The position numbers and the translations under genes were made by a program. The notes beneath the pieces are model-generated. The model ran no database searches and was not told the origin of the DNA. It saw only the letters and a program-made list of their open reading frames with translations. Positions 21,056-31,739 of a DNA stretch of 64,000 nucleotides are shown in pieces; position 1 is the first letter of the stretch; the number at the start of each line of letters is the position of its first letter. Origin of the DNA: a bacterium (GTDB lineage: Bacteria; Patescibacteriota; Minisyncoccia; Sungbacterales; HO2-52-23); contig JAUYPE010000002.1 of assembly GCA_030697705.1 (NCBI GenBank), positions 4,312-68,311 of the forward strand, read 5' to 3'.

Positions 21056-21815
21056 ATATATCACCGCCTGAAATCTCGTACAGGGCACCCTTTTTATCTC
21101 CCTCTCGCAGTATAATCTTTCGCTCCAAAAGATCTTGCAAATCACGCTGGATCGTCTTCACGCTTACTCCTGAAAAATGAGGCGTGAGATCGCCAAGCTT
21201 CGCCTGTGTAGCTTTTTTGAGAACGGCAAGTATCTCCTCTTGGCGGCTCGTCAGCCCTTCCGGTTTTTTATCAAAAACGCTATGCAACTTTTCTCTTATC
21301 TTTGGAGATGGTGGGACATGCGCGGAAACGGAGGGTTTCTTTTCTCCATAATCCTTTTTTTTCTCCTCACTTTTTTGCGATGATGATTTTACCGCAACGG
21401 ACTGTTCCAGTATAGACCCATCCGCAGGTGCATGGAAAGAGTCGGTGACCGAGGTACCCTTTTCAGGCGTGAGTTCATCCAAAAAATCAGAAAGCATACC
21501 CGCTAACGCCCGGTACTCCCGTTCAAGAACGGTAATGTTAACAGCCCTGACAAACACCAAAGAACGGGCGATTTTGAGATATCCCAAAATCGTCTCAACC
21601 TTCCCGCATACGCCAAGCAGTACTCCTTCGACATAATCCGCAAAGGCAGCTTCAGCAATACCGGCAAAAACACCGTTTGCCGATTCGCGGAGCGCGCGGC
21701 GCAGAACCTCATCGCGCGGAAAAAAATCCGTCACGCGATAAAGCGCCAGCGTCACTTCTATCGCCCTTTTGTGAAGTTCATAGGGCACCTGCATGCCCCG
21801 AAAGTTGGCAGCCAT
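21054..21815 (-). CDS. Four-helix-bundle-like domain fused to a C-terminal DeoR-type HTH
   Basis: N-terminal KRAIEVTLALYRVTDFFPRDEVLR; C-terminal RQEEIL...VSVKTIQRDLQDL. Confidence 0.72.
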   Translation of the reverse strand: MAANFRGMQVPYELHKRAIEVTLALYRVTDFFPRDEVLRRALRESANGVFAGIAEAAFADYVEGVLLGVCGKVETILGYLKIARSLVFVRAVNITVLEREYRALAGMLSDFLDELTPEKGTSVTDSFHAPADGSILEQSVAVKSSSQKSEEKKKDYGEKKPSVSAHVPPSPKIREKLHSVFDKKPEGLTSRQEEILAVLKKATQAKLGDLTPHFSGVSVKTIQRDLQDLLERKIILREGDKKGALYEISGGDI

Positions 21816-21926
21816 AATGCAAACAAGAATGAAATTTTTTTAACCTCAAGCGACAACAGCATATAAGACATCAGTCCTTTCGTCAACTAAAGATAAAGGA
21901 CATTGGTATGCTTTATGCGCATTATC

Positions 21927-22011
21927 TGTCATCCTGAACGAAGTGAAGGATCCCGTACGATTTCAGTATACTGATATAGTAGCGGGATTCCTCGTTTCAC
22001 TCGGAATGACG
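21927..22011. repeat. GTCAT...ATGAC palindromic repeat, copy 2
   Basis: TGTCATCCTGAACGAAGTGAAGGATCCCGTACGATTTCAG...CGGGATTCCTCG...CGGAATGACG. Confidence 0.85.
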
Positions 22012-22076
22012 GAATGGGGTGGGACGAATAAACTCCATTGCCTCTCACTCCTACCCCTAGTACAATAGAATCCTCC

Positions 22077-22805
22077 ATGATGATGAAAAAAAATCAATTT
22101 TCTCGCGCACAAAAAATCGTCACCGCGCGAGGCCGCGCCATTATCCGCCGGCTCAAAAAAACATACCCACACGCGGGTATGATGCTGAACTTCTCCAGCC
22201 ACTGGGAGCTCCTCGTCGCCGTCATTTTATCGGCACAGTGCACGGATAAAAAAGTAAATCAGGTAACGGAAAAGTTATTCCAAAAATACCGAACTTTAGA
22301 GGACTATATCGCCGCCGATCCGCGAGAGTTTGAGCGCGATATTCATGCGACGGGATTTTTTCGGTCTAAGACAAAACATATTCTCACGACGGCAAAGTTG
22401 ATAAAAGAAAAATATAATGGCAAAATTCCCCGGACGATGGAGGAGATGCTCACGCTCCGCGGCGTTGCGCGCAAGACGGCAAATGTCGTTCTTGGCAACG
22501 CACACAATATAGTAGACGGCATTGCCGTAGATACGCATGTCCGCCGCCTCTCACAACGCCTAGGACTTACGACCAAAAACGATCCCAATAAAATAGAGCA
22601 GGATCTCATGAAAATCCTGCCTAAAAACGAATGGTTTAAAACGACCTATTTACTCATAGAACACGGCCGCAGTATCTGTACCGCAAAAGACCCCCGTTGC
22701 GACCTCTGCCCCCTCCGTGATATCTGCCCCTCGGCATTTCAGTTTCCAAGGTTTAAAAAAGATGATGCGAGACAAAAAAATTGCACTACTCCCCAAGGGA
22801 AGTAG
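22077..22805 (+). CDS. nth: Endonuclease III
   Basis: LSAQCTDKKVN; HhH GVARKTANVV; VDTHV; C-x6-C-x2-C-x5-C cluster motif. Confidence 0.95.
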   Translation: MMMKKNQFSRAQKIVTARGRAIIRRLKKTYPHAGMMLNFSSHWELLVAVILSAQCTDKKVNQVTEKLFQKYRTLEDYIAADPREFERDIHATGFFRSKTKHILTTAKLIKEKYNGKIPRTMEEMLTLRGVARKTANVVLGNAHNIVDGIAVDTHVRRLSQRLGLTTKNDPNKIEQDLMKILPKNEWFKTTYLLIEHGRSICTAKDPRCDLCPLRDICPSAFQFPRFKKDDARQKNCTTPQGK

Positions 22806-22828
22806 TGCAAGAACTCGCGAAGAACAAA

Positions 22829-23350
22829 TCACTTTTCAACTTCCTTGTAGGTCTCGGCAAACTCTCTAGCGGCAATGAGATAGGGTTCATTTCCTCTTTT
22901 TTCCCCGTTTTGGTCGCAGATATCGGCAATCAAAACATTCTCATCGCCGGTTTGCGGCTCGCCCCATTCCGCCATAATCTCAATCGGCTTACCGAATGGG
23001 TTTCTTATGGCACGGCAGTAAGCTCTTGCCCCATAGACACCTTGTTCGTCAGTCGAATCATAGCGACCCAGAAACTTCGCTTCAGAGATGGCGTATTCTT
23101 CGCCGGACGGATTCGTTACAATCCAATCTCCGTCCTTGGCGGTATTAGTCGTCTCCTGCGCGCCACTTTGCAGAGTCGTCGTGATATTCTCGCCTGCTAC
23201 TGCCGGCCGTGCATGCACGCGGCCCTGTTTTTTGAACACGGGCGCGGTTGCGAGAGCTGTCATAATCTCCGGCGCTTTGCGGTCTACTTTTGTGAAGACC
23301 ATTTCTGACTCCTTTTCTTGATTAACTCCGCTAAATAACTCTCGGTTCAT
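22829..23350 (-). CDS. PGDYG-like domain protein
   Basis: AKDGDWIVTNPSGEEYAI...F.GRY and a second EPYLI...FAETY unit. Confidence 0.6.
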   Translation of the reverse strand: MNRELFSGVNQEKESEMVFTKVDRKAPEIMTALATAPVFKKQGRVHARPAVAGENITTTLQSGAQETTNTAKDGDWIVTNPSGEEYAISEAKFLGRYDSTDEQGVYGARAYCRAIRNPFGKPIEIMAEWGEPQTGDENVLIADICDQNGEKRGNEPYLIAAREFAETYKEVEK

Positions 23351-23404
23351 AATACTATAGTTATTTAATAATGTCAACTCCTTGCCATGTATCCTCCCCC
23401 ACAC

Positions 23405-23482
23405 TGTCATTGCGAGGAACAGCAGTGACGAAGCAATCTCAACTTTTGGCATAGAGATTGCCGCGCTTCGCTCGCAATGACG
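23405..23482. repeat. GTCATTGCGAG...CTCGCAATGAC palindromic repeat (related subfamily)
   Basis: Terminal GTCATTGCGAG/CTCGCAATGAC and internal GCAATCTC/GAGATTGC inverted repeats. Confidence 0.8.
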
Positions 23483-23506
23483 AGTAGGAGCATTTTACTA
23501 AATGTG

Positions 23507-26179
23507 TCAACTCTTCGCCGTTATTGCAACGCGGGAGGGAAGTCTTTTGACCTGTTTTGAGAATGAAACAACATCATCGCGGACATCAGCGAGAAGCGAT
23601 TCGCCGTCCACTATTTTATTTGCGATAAGCTCGCCCGCAAGCGGGTCAAGAATGTATTGCTGAATCGCCCGTTTGAGCGGCCGCGCACCGTATTGCGGGT
23701 CATACCCCTTCGTGCCGATGAATTTTTTGAGTTCTGACGTAAAGGCGATGGTAATATCCCGCGCAACTATGCGGCGGCGCACCATTTCAAGCTGAATATC
23801 CACGATGCGCTGAATTATCTCAACTCCCAAAGATGAGAAGATGATAATCTCATCCAGACGATTCAAAAATTCCGGACGGAAGTGACGCTCCAGCGCTTTA
23901 CGAATCTTGTCCCTCATGCTTCCTTCTTTCTCCTCATGCGTGTCCTCGCCAGAACCCGCAAAACCGAGCCGCCCCATTTCTTTGACATACTCGCCGCCAA
24001 TATTGGAGGTCATGATGATAATCGTGTTTTTGAAATTCACCACACGACCCTTGGCATCCGTGAGTCGGCCGTTATCAAGAATTTGCAAGAGAATGTTAAA
24101 CACCTCTGGATGAGCTTTTTCTATCTCGTCAAAAAGAATGACGGAGTACGGACGGTGGCGCACGAGTTCGGTCAGCTGACCACCCTCTTCATAACCGACA
24201 TAACCGGGCGGCGAGCCGACGAATTTGGAGGCGGTGTGACGCTCCATATATTCGCTCATATCCATGCGGATAAGCGCTTTTTCATCGCTGAACAAAAACC
24301 CGGCGAGCGTCTTGGCAAGCTCGGTCTTCCCCACACCCGTCGGTCCGAGAAACATAAACGACCCAATGGGGCGGTTTTCTTCACTGATACCTGCACGCGA
24401 TCGGCGCACCGCGTGGGCGATCTTGGTAATCGCTTCGTCCTGACCGATAACGCGAAGCCGCAGTTCGTCCTCCATGCGGATGAGGCGAGACATCTCGGTC
24501 TCCAGCATCTTGGTAACGGGAATGCCCGTCCAGCGCGCAACGACGGCGGCGACATCCTCCTCCCCCACCTCGCCGCGCGGCGAAGATCGCGTATGCTGAA
24601 GCGCGGTGAGCCGCTCCTCAACTTCTTTTAATTTTTTTTCGGTCTGGGGAATCTTGCCATAACGGTACTCGGCAACCGCGCCGAACTCTCCCGAGCGCTC
24701 GGCAATATCGGCTTCCTGCCGGAACGAATCAAGCTCTTTTTTGAGCGTACGCACTTCAACAAGTCGCTCCTTCTCCTCCTGCCATGCCGATTCTGACGCC
24801 GCAATGCCCGCCTGCAGTTCCGTAACATCCTTTTCCACTTTTTTGAGCCGTTCTTTGGCACGGCGGTCGGTTTCTTTTTTCAATGCCTCGCGTTCAATTT
24901 CAAGCTTCATAATGCGCCGACGCGTCTCGTCAAGCTCCTTGGGAATACTGTCCATTTCCAATCGTAACGAAGACGCCGCCTCATCAATCAAGTCCACGGC
25001 TTTGTCGGGCAAAAATCTATCGGCGATATAGCGCGCCGAGAGGTTCGCCGCCGCAATTAGTGCGCCATCGGTAATTTTAATCCCATGGTGCGCTTCGTAT
25101 TTCGGCTTGAGTCCGCGCAAAATCGCCACAGCATCCTCCACGCTCGGCTCGTCCACATACACCGGCTGGAATCGCCGCGCAAGCGCCGGATCGCGCTCAA
25201 TATGGCGCTGATATTCGCGCAGGGTGGTAGCACCGATAGCATGAAGCTCACCGCGCGCGAGCGCCGGTTTGAGCATATTTGCAGCATCAATCGCGCCCTC
25301 CGCCGCACCCGCACCAACAAGCGTGTGCAGTTCGTCTATGAAAATAACATACTTGCCCGCCCCGCGCTCTATTTCCCGCAGTATCGCCTTCAGCCGATCT
25401 TCAAACTCGCCACGGTATTTCGTCCCGGCGACAATCGCCGCCAGATCAATGGAAATGACTTCTTTTTCTTTTAATGTCTCGGGTACATCGCCTGCAACAA
25501 TCCGCTCGGCAAGCCCCTCAACGATGGCGGTCTTGCCCACGCCTGCCTCGCCTATGAGGACGGGATTGTTTTTGCTCCGGCGCGAGAGTACCTCCATGAC
25601 GCGGCGAATTTCGGCATCCCGCCCGATGACGGGGTCAAGTTTCTCCGCCCGCGCGAGGCGGGTGAGGTTCTTGGCGTATTTTTCCAAAACATTATACTTC
25701 GTTTCCGGTTCGGCATCGGTAATCCGCTGACCGCCGCGAAGTTCCGCCAGCGCACGCATGACAACTTCTTTATTTAACCCTTCACGCTCCAAAAGCTCTT
25801 TGGCACGCGTCGGTATCTCCAGGAGAGCGAGAAAAAGATGCTCCGTGGAGATGAATTCATCTTTGAGATGCGCCGCCTCGCGGTGTGCCTGCTCAATGGA
25901 CTTCGCCAAGTCCTGCGTGAGATACACCTGCCCCATCGGCGTAGAAACCGAAGCGCCGCGCGGCATCCCGTCAAGCGTTTCAAATAAGCGATCCATAAAC
26001 GCCGAGATGTCAATCTCCAATTTTTCCAAAATCGCGTCAACCGTCCCCTCCTCTTGCAAGGCAAGGGCGGCAAGCAAATGGAGCACATCAATCTGTTGAT
26101 GTGAGCGTTCAAGCGCCAAGTCATGCGCTTTTTTGAGCACCTCTTGAGCTTTTATCGTAAATTGTTGGAATGGCGGCAT
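23507..26179 (-). CDS. clpB: Chaperone ClpB
   Basis: Clp N domain, two AAA+ modules ([16 protein letters not shown]), M-domain coiled coil, GYVG pore loop. Confidence 0.96.
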   Translation of the reverse strand: MPPFQQFTIKAQEVLKKAHDLALERSHQQIDVLHLLAALALQEEGTVDAILEKLEIDISAFMDRLFETLDGMPRGASVSTPMGQVYLTQDLAKSIEQAHREAAHLKDEFISTEHLFLALLEIPTRAKELLEREGLNKEVVMRALAELRGGQRITDAEPETKYNVLEKYAKNLTRLARAEKLDPVIGRDAEIRRVMEVLSRRSKNNPVLIGEAGVGKTAIVEGLAERIVAGDVPETLKEKEVISIDLAAIVAGTKYRGEFEDRLKAILREIERGAGKYVIFIDELHTLVGAGAAEGAIDAANMLKPALARGELHAIGATTLREYQRHIERDPALARRFQPVYVDEPSVEDAVAILRGLKPKYEAHHGIKITDGALIAAANLSARYIADRFLPDKAVDLIDEAASSLRLEMDSIPKELDETRRRIMKLEIEREALKKETDRRAKERLKKVEKDVTELQAGIAASESAWQEEKERLVEVRTLKKELDSFRQEADIAERSGEFGAVAEYRYGKIPQTEKKLKEVEERLTALQHTRSSPRGEVGEEDVAAVVARWTGIPVTKMLETEMSRLIRMEDELRLRVIGQDEAITKIAHAVRRSRAGISEENRPIGSFMFLGPTGVGKTELAKTLAGFLFSDEKALIRMDMSEYMERHTASKFVGSPPGYVGYEEGGQLTELVRHRPYSVILFDEIEKAHPEVFNILLQILDNGRLTDAKGRVVNFKNTIIIMTSNIGGEYVKEMGRLGFAGSGEDTHEEKEGSMRDKIRKALERHFRPEFLNRLDEIIIFSSLGVEIIQRIVDIQLEMVRRRIVARDITIAFTSELKKFIGTKGYDPQYGARPLKRAIQQYILDPLAGELIANKIVDGESLLADVRDDVVSFSKQVKRLPSRVAITAKS

Positions 26180-26230
26180 AGATATAAATAATAACGAGAG
26201 CAATGTTTAAGTTGTTTTCTTTTCTTTGTT

Positions 26231-26359
26231 TGTCATTCCCGTCCCCGCTTTTGCGAGGATAAACTCCGCGAGGAATCCCGTTAGTTTTCAGTCCCCACAA
26301 GGGGGATACTAGCTATATGCTGAAATCGTACGGGATCCTTCGCTACGCTCTGGATGACG
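26231..26359. repeat. GTCAT...ATGAC palindromic repeat, copy 3 (with inserts)
   Basis: TGTCATTCCCG[TCCCCGCTTTTGCGAGGATAAACT]...GGAATCCCG...GCTGAAATCGTACGGGATCC...GGATGACG. Confidence 0.8.
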
Positions 26360-26673
26360 GACGATAGAGAAGACCGAAACCTAGACCCTATTTGCTTTAA
26401 TATCTTATCAGAAAACAGAGACAAAATCAAACAAAAACGCCTATTACTTCAAAATAAGAGTATTGGATGAAGTTAGAACCACCCCCCTATATTTTCCCAA
26501 TAAAAACTGAAACGAGATACGCTGTCATTGTGGAAACAACGCTGGACTTTCTAACATATTAGCTTTCCACGCTCAATCTTCAATAATCTCGCCTCAATGT
26601 CCTTTAGTGAGGAGGGTCCGGAATAATCAAGAACATATTCATCTTTCGATTTTTGTTTTATTTCCATTTTCCA

Positions 26674-26840
26674 TCAAAAAGTCAACACGCGGAATGATTC
26701 GGCATACTTAAGGTGTTTTTTCTTGCCCTCACTCTTGGCACGAATGCGAATCCTCTCCTTTATTTTTTTGATGTCTGGAATCTGGAATTCGTAGGCACAC
26801 ACTGCTCAAATCTTTTTCCCACTTGTTTTTGTACGAGCAT
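26674..26840 (-). pseudogene. Degenerate duplicate of the 3' end of the PIG-L deacetylase gene
   Basis: Reads AYEFQIPDIKKIKERIRIRAKSEGKKKHLKYAESFRVLTF*; the intact gene ends AHESQIPDVKKMEERIRTRAKNEGKKKKMRYAETFRRLMF*. Confidence 0.85.
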
Positions 26841-26853
26841 CCCTACGCACGCA

Positions 26854-26883
26854 TTGACCATAGCCCTTACTCAATGCTATGAT
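26854..26883 (+). promoter_or_regulatory. Sigma70 promoter of the TA operon (probably leaderless)
   Basis: TTGACC-18 nt-TATGAT; ATG 7 nt downstream. Confidence 0.6.
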
Positions 26884-26889
26884 CATCAT

Positions 26890-27102
26890 ATGAATAGTAT
26901 CACACCAACTCGTATTTATAATAAATTGACGCGTCTTGAGCAAGAAATCCAACGACTCAAAGCCCAAGCGTATCTTACGCTCCCCCACAAGACACGCACT
27001 ACTCCGCGGTATACGGAAAAAGCGATTATGGAGGCGGTGCGCGGAGTACGCGACACTATCTGGAACGAACGCTATGCCAAAAAGATTACGCGTATTCGTT
27101 GA
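26890..27102 (+). CDS. Putative antitoxin
   Basis: 70-aa ORF overlapping the start of a PIN gene. Confidence 0.65.
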   Translation: MNSITPTRIYNKLTRLEQEIQRLKAQAYLTLPHKTRTTPRYTEKAIMEAVRGVRDTIWNERYAKKITRIR

Positions 27103-27499
27103 TACGAGCGCGCTTCTTGCCGGACTCAATTCACCTAACGGCGCGGCAGGAGCCATCCTTGCCGCATGTTTTTCGAAACGGCTCATACCCGTTATTTCAC
27201 GGCAAGTCATTGAGGAGGCGGAACGGAATATTGAGATGAAATTCCCCGCGCTTCATCGTGCATGGGAAGCGTTTCTTCGTATCCCGCCAGAACTTGCTCC
27301 GGATCCGTCGTTACGCCAAATCCGCAAAGTACACCAAATCTTGCCTACGAGTGATGCGCCAATTCTTGCAAGCGCGCTCAAAGCGCATCCCGATGCATTG
27401 GTAACATGGAATACTCGGGACTTCCTCCGCAAGGAGGTTATGTTACGCACTCCCTTCCCCATTTTCATCCCACGGGATTTTCTCAAACAATATCTTTAG
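27074..27499 (+). CDS. PIN-domain toxin (PIN_3-like)
   Basis: VFVDTSALLAG; EAERN; DAPILASA; LVTWNTRDF. Confidence 0.85.
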   Translation: MPKRLRVFVDTSALLAGLNSPNGAAGAILAACFSKRLIPVISRQVIEEAERNIEMKFPALHRAWEAFLRIPPELAPDPSLRQIRKVHQILPTSDAPILASALKAHPDALVTWNTRDFLRKEVMLRTPFPIFIPRDFLKQYL

Positions 27500-27534
27500 G
27501 AATTAGGAACTCTAGTTACAGAAGCTCCACGGGA

Positions 27535-28272
27535 TTAAAACATCAACCTTCGAAATGTCTCCGCATACCGCATTTTCTTTTTCTTGCCCTCGTTTTTAGC
27601 GCGAGTACGGATGCGCTCCTCCATTTTTTTGACATCGGGAATTTGGGACTCATGTGCCCGCAGAGCCGCAAGTTTTTTTCCAATGGTTTTGGAAATGTCT
27701 ACAAACATATTCGGTCGGTCGGTACCAAAAAACCACACCCCTTGCATCTGGTGCGGCAAAAGATCCTCCTGTTTGAGTTCGGGGAAAAATGCGTGCGAAG
27801 CGGTCGCCGGATAAATCGCGTCAAATACCGCCTCGGCGGTAATCCGATGGTCGCGGTGAAATCGCCCAAAACTATCAAAGAGATGGTTTCCCGGATCGGC
27901 CGAGAGGACGACATCCGGTTTTACCTCGCGCATAACGCGGATGAGGCGCCGCCGAAGCTCTGCAGTATGCTCCAAATCTCCATCCGTCTCGCGCAAGAAA
28001 TGAATGTCTGAAACGCCGACAATCGCGCCCGCCGCGCGCTGTTCTCTCTCGCGCATAGCTATCATTTCTTCGCAGGTCTGACTGACTTTGTGCGTTCCCT
28101 TCTCGCCGTTCGTTATAATGCAATAGGCGACTTCGTTGCCCTTTGCCGTCAGCGTAGCAATCGTCCCCGCACAGCCGAAGTCAAGATCATCCGGATGCGC
28201 CGAAAAGACAAGAAATTTTCTCGGTTTTGATTTTTTATTTGTCGTACTTTTTACCCTATACGCCATAGACAT
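27535..28272 (-). CDS. PIG-L/LmbE family deacetylase
   Basis: AHPDD and HRDH motifs; HESQ. Confidence 0.92.
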   Translation of the reverse strand: MSMAYRVKSTTNKKSKPRKFLVFSAHPDDLDFGCAGTIATLTAKGNEVAYCIITNGEKGTHKVSQTCEEMIAMREREQRAAGAIVGVSDIHFLRETDGDLEHTAELRRRLIRVMREVKPDVVLSADPGNHLFDSFGRFHRDHRITAEAVFDAIYPATASHAFFPELKQEDLLPHQMQGVWFFGTDRPNMFVDISKTIGKKLAALRAHESQIPDVKKMEERIRTRAKNEGKKKKMRYAETFRRLMF

Positions 28273-28320
28273 ACAGACCCAATATCCTTAATTGGGTGAG
28301 GAGACCTTGACCCTTAATAA

Positions 28321-28686
28321 CTACACCTCAATGATCGTGATTTCTTTGATTTTCTGAAACTGGCGATCACGGGTAACGAGCGACACATTTCGGATCATGG
28401 CGGTTGCCGCAATCCCTGCGTCGGGAATCGCAAGCGCATAATTTCTCCGTAGCCGTGCGGCAATTTCCGCAATCGCATCATCAAACGGGATAGATATGAA
28501 ATTGGCGAGAAATGCTTTCGCCTTTGCACTATCCTCTTCCGTGAGTCCGGGAAATGCAAGAGTTTCTGCGATGGTGAGTGAAGAAATAAGGAGAGCTCTT
28601 CCCATCTGTTTCCACTCAGAAAGAGCGTATACCGCTTTTGGCTCGGCATTGAGACACGCAATAATGATATTCGTATCAACGAGCAT
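28321..28686 (-). CDS. VapC-type PIN toxin
   Basis: LVDTNIII; AET; PDAGIAATA; LVTRDRQF. Confidence 0.9.
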   Translation of the reverse strand: MLVDTNIIIACLNAEPKAVYALSEWKQMGRALLISSLTIAETLAFPGLTEEDSAKAKAFLANFISIPFDDAIAEIAARLRRNYALAIPDAGIAATAMIRNVSLVTRDRQFQKIKEITIIEV

Positions 28687-28687
28687 G

Positions 28688-28900
28688 CTAAGAAGAAACA
28701 CTCTTGAGTTGTTTTTGCATGCGTTTATTCCACTCTTGACGAATCCGGCGTTGATACCCTACTGCGTCAACTTTTTTTCCTTTCAGTATGCCGATTGCAT
28801 TAGTCCAACTCTTGGGGAGCGGATAGCGCACAGAGTCCACTATTTCAGAAGCCACAATCCCTGCTCTATTTGTTTTTGTCTCTCTTGCTTTTGTTGGCAT
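28688..28900 (-). CDS. Putative antitoxin
   Basis: 70 aa directly upstream of the VapC gene; C-terminal GILK...DAVGYQRRIRQEW; TATACT just upstream. Confidence 0.7.
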   Translation of the reverse strand: MPTKARETKTNRAGIVASEIVDSVRYPLPKSWTNAIGILKGKKVDAVGYQRRIRQEWNKRMQKQLKSVSS

Positions 28901-29006
28901 GGATTGCAGTATAACATATATTAAAAAATAAAACAAGAAAAAGCGAGGGTACTGTCCGAGCCGCTCTATGCGCGGGGCAATATAACTGTCACACACAAAT
29001 CAATCA

Positions 29007-29364
29007 TCACATTTCCATCCCGAGGCGTTTTTTAATCTCTGCCACAAGTTCAGGGGAATAACGCTCATACACCCGGTTTCTTGTATTCCGCTGTTGCTCA
29101 AACCATTGAGGATGTACTCTTTATGTATTGCTCGACTATTCTTTTCACCGCAACATCACCAAGTTTACACACTTGTTTTAACTCGTTAAGCCCAAGCCAT
29201 TCAGACCGGACATCAGGAATTGATTTCATTTGAGAGATCCTTTGCTTAATTTCTTGGACTAATTCCGGAGCATAATGTTCAGCCTTTTGGTGTGACTTCT
29301 TAACCTGACGCTTCCCCAGCCATTCGGGATGTTCTGCGCGATATTCTTCAGCAATTTTTCTAAT
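29007..29364 (-). pseudogene. Truncated, frameshifted 3' fragment of a repeat-containing protein
   Basis: Two units EYRAEHPEW...HYAPELVQEIK and HPQWF...RYSPELVAEIK; cut off by an IS end. Confidence 0.6.
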
Positions 29365-29967
29365 ATACTTTGAATAACGAAATGCACCTCTCTGTACACT
29401 TCAAACAAGCCGCAGGCGGTGCGGTTATGACGAGAACATACTCAAAACAAGGAAACTCGAACTGGAACGAACTGAGGAGACCAATGGATCATACGGCGAT
29501 GATTACACGACAAGATACGCTGAAATTGCAGACAGGTAGTGGGTAAGATAGCCGTCAATGGATCGGGGGAACGAGGTGACCAGTCCATAGCAGAGCTTGA
29601 GAATGCGGAAGTGGATCTCAACCCGCATGCGCAGATTGAGTAGCACGATATGGATAGGGGTTGAGAGAATCCACGAATTTCTGATACGAGAGAGGGGGCT
29701 CCATGATCTCCCAGAGTGATTTCTTAGTGGCAATATTTTGCTTCTGCTTCAGGATTGCGCAGGTTACGGCTTCGCTGTTGGTAAGGGCTGATTTCCGACC
29801 TTTGGGATGTTCCCGATCTTTGAGTTTCAATGAATGGAATAGTTGTGATACTCTTGCTTTGAGGGTGTAATAGATTGTAAGGAAGGTGTTCATACAAGTG
29901 GCGGCGTAAGCCGTCCCTTGTATTGTAGCAGAAAAGGTGATGTGGTGCATTTCGTTATTCAAAGTAT
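29365..29967 (-). mobile_element. Internally deleted IS (IS982-like), non-autonomous
   Basis: Perfect 24-bp terminal IR ATACTTTGAATAACGAAATGCACC (29365-88/29944-67); transposase N- and C-terminal pieces in different frames, catalytic core missing; family assignment tentative. Confidence 0.8.
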
Positions 29968-30102
29968 GGTAGTCATCATACAGCTCGTGGCGTTGGATCG
30001 GGGTTAATCGGGTGCGTTTGTGGATGGTCATGTTGTTTACCGTACCGCCGATAGCCATTCCGGCAATGGCGGAGACTGTAAACAACGCTAGGGATTCTTA
30101 CA
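29968..30102 (-). mobile_element. Left-end remnant of an IS481-family element
   Basis: End TGTAAGAATCCCTAGCGTTGTTTACA (30102-30077); ORF start MTIHKRTRLTPIQR truncated by the IS to its left. Confidence 0.7.
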
Positions 30103-30110
30103 AGTAAAAC

Positions 30111-31394
30111 CTACTTCCTCTCATCAAGCTTCACCTTCACGCTTATTTCTTTACCGGCACGGAATACGGTCAAAGTAATTTCCTCACCAACGGCGTGGTT
30201 TTGGACAATAGCCGACAATGCGCGATTCGCATCAATCCGCTCGCCGGCAACGACAAGAATAATATCTCCTTCTTTCAAACCCGCACGGTCAGCCGGACCG
30301 CCGGGCACGACTGCAGGACCGTCGGTATTTTTACCAAGCAATGCGCCGTAATTCCTGCCGAGATTCAAGCTTTTGGCAAGGTCGTCGGTAACGGGCGCGT
30401 ACCGCACACCAAGGTAGGGATAGATTATCTTGCCGGTTTTGCGTACACTCTCAATATCACGTTTAACTTTATTGATGGGAATGGCAAAACCGATGCTCTG
30501 CGCGCCGCTCGCCACGGCGGTATTGATGGCAACCACCTCGCCGTAGACATTGATAAGCGGTCCGCCGGAGTTGCCGGGATTAATTGCCGCATCGGTCTGC
30601 ACCAATTCCTGCAATGCCTCTGGACCGTCCGCTCCGCCATTAGCAACGATGGAACGCTGAAGACCGGAGACGACGCCAACTGAAACGGTATTGCGGAATT
30701 CGCCGAGCGCATTACCGATGGCGATGACGGTCTGCCCGATTTTAATTGCTGAAGAATCGGCAAGTTTAAGAAACGGCAAGTTTGAGCCGGTTATCTGCAG
30801 AATCGCCAGATCCTGCACGGGATCGCGCGCCAAGACCTTCGCGGGCAATTTTTTGCCGTCGTTCGTGAGAACGGTAAAGTCCGCAGTTACATCGGCGACG
30901 ACATGTTTGTTCGTCACAATAAACCCATCGGCTGATACGATGAATCCACTTCCCGCAGAAACTTCTTGCCGTTTCGTCCCGTTTTGGCGAAGTTGCGGCA
31001 CTTGAAGGTTTGGATTCTCACCAAAAAATTGCTTAAAGAATGGGTCATCGCCGAATGGATCCACAAAATACCGCTCAATAATGGGAACATCTTTACTCGC
31101 CACTATACTGACTACGGCGGGTGAGGCGTTTTTGACCACCTGTACCACCAGTTCATCGGAGCGAACGATGCGCTCAATAGCCTCTTTTGTTTCGGGCGTT
31201 ACCGGCTTATCGCCCGACTTTTGCCGCGGGAAAAAATAAGATGGAATAATCGCCTCCTGGCTTACCATGGAACCGCGCCCGAAAACGCCAAGCACAAGCG
31301 TTGTGCCGATGAGCGAGGCGAGAAAACTTAACACGACGGCGAAAATAACCATCTGGCGCATGGTCGGCTGGGGTTGTTGTTGATGATCGGGCAT
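30111..31394 (-). CDS. htrA: HtrA/DegP-family serine protease with PDZ domain
   Basis: N-terminal TM; TNKHVV, DLA and GNSGGPL catalytic motifs; one PDZ domain. Confidence 0.93.
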   Translation of the reverse strand: MPDHQQQPQPTMRQMVIFAVVLSFLASLIGTTLVLGVFGRGSMVSQEAIIPSYFFPRQKSGDKPVTPETKEAIERIVRSDELVVQVVKNASPAVVSIVASKDVPIIERYFVDPFGDDPFFKQFFGENPNLQVPQLRQNGTKRQEVSAGSGFIVSADGFIVTNKHVVADVTADFTVLTNDGKKLPAKVLARDPVQDLAILQITGSNLPFLKLADSSAIKIGQTVIAIGNALGEFRNTVSVGVVSGLQRSIVANGGADGPEALQELVQTDAAINPGNSGGPLINVYGEVVAINTAVASGAQSIGFAIPINKVKRDIESVRKTGKIIYPYLGVRYAPVTDDLAKSLNLGRNYGALLGKNTDGPAVVPGGPADRAGLKEGDIILVVAGERIDANRALSAIVQNHAVGEEITLTVFRAGKEISVKVKLDERK

Positions 31395-31514
31395 AGGAAA
31401 AACTTTACATTTGAAACTCTGACAAGACCCTCCCTACTCTACCATACGGAACAACAATCGCAAAAGGTGCCTCACAAGGATATGCGCGGCATGGACTCTC
31501 CTAAAAAATACCCA

Positions 31515-31739
31515 TTACACCGCCTCAACACATCGCACCTCGGGCACGGCTTGTTTGAGCATCTCCTCAACTCCCGCTTTGAGCGTCAATTGCGAGAGCG
31601 GACAGCCGTGGCAAGTCCCAAGAAGTTGGACGAAAACCGTCCCCGTCCCCTCCTCAAACCGCACAAACTCAATATTCCCCAAATGCCTCGCCAGCATCGG
31701 CCTGATCTGCCCAAGCGCTTTTTCAATTTGTTCGATCAT
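31515..31739 (-). CDS. NifU C-terminal/NfuA-like Fe-S carrier
   Basis: IRPML..H.GNIE; GTCHGCP (CxxC). Confidence 0.9.
   Translation of the reverse strand: MIEQIEKALGQIRPMLARHLGNIEFVRFEEGTGTVFVQLLGTCHGCPLSQLTLKAGVEEMLKQAVPEVRCVEAV

Noticed and set aside
26555-26670. Small minus-strand ORF upstream of clpB
   Set aside because: Under 40 codons with no recognisable features
29618-30085. 155-aa ORF as a real gene
   Set aside because: Chimeric read-through of the IS481 start, a terminal IR and a second transposase fragment
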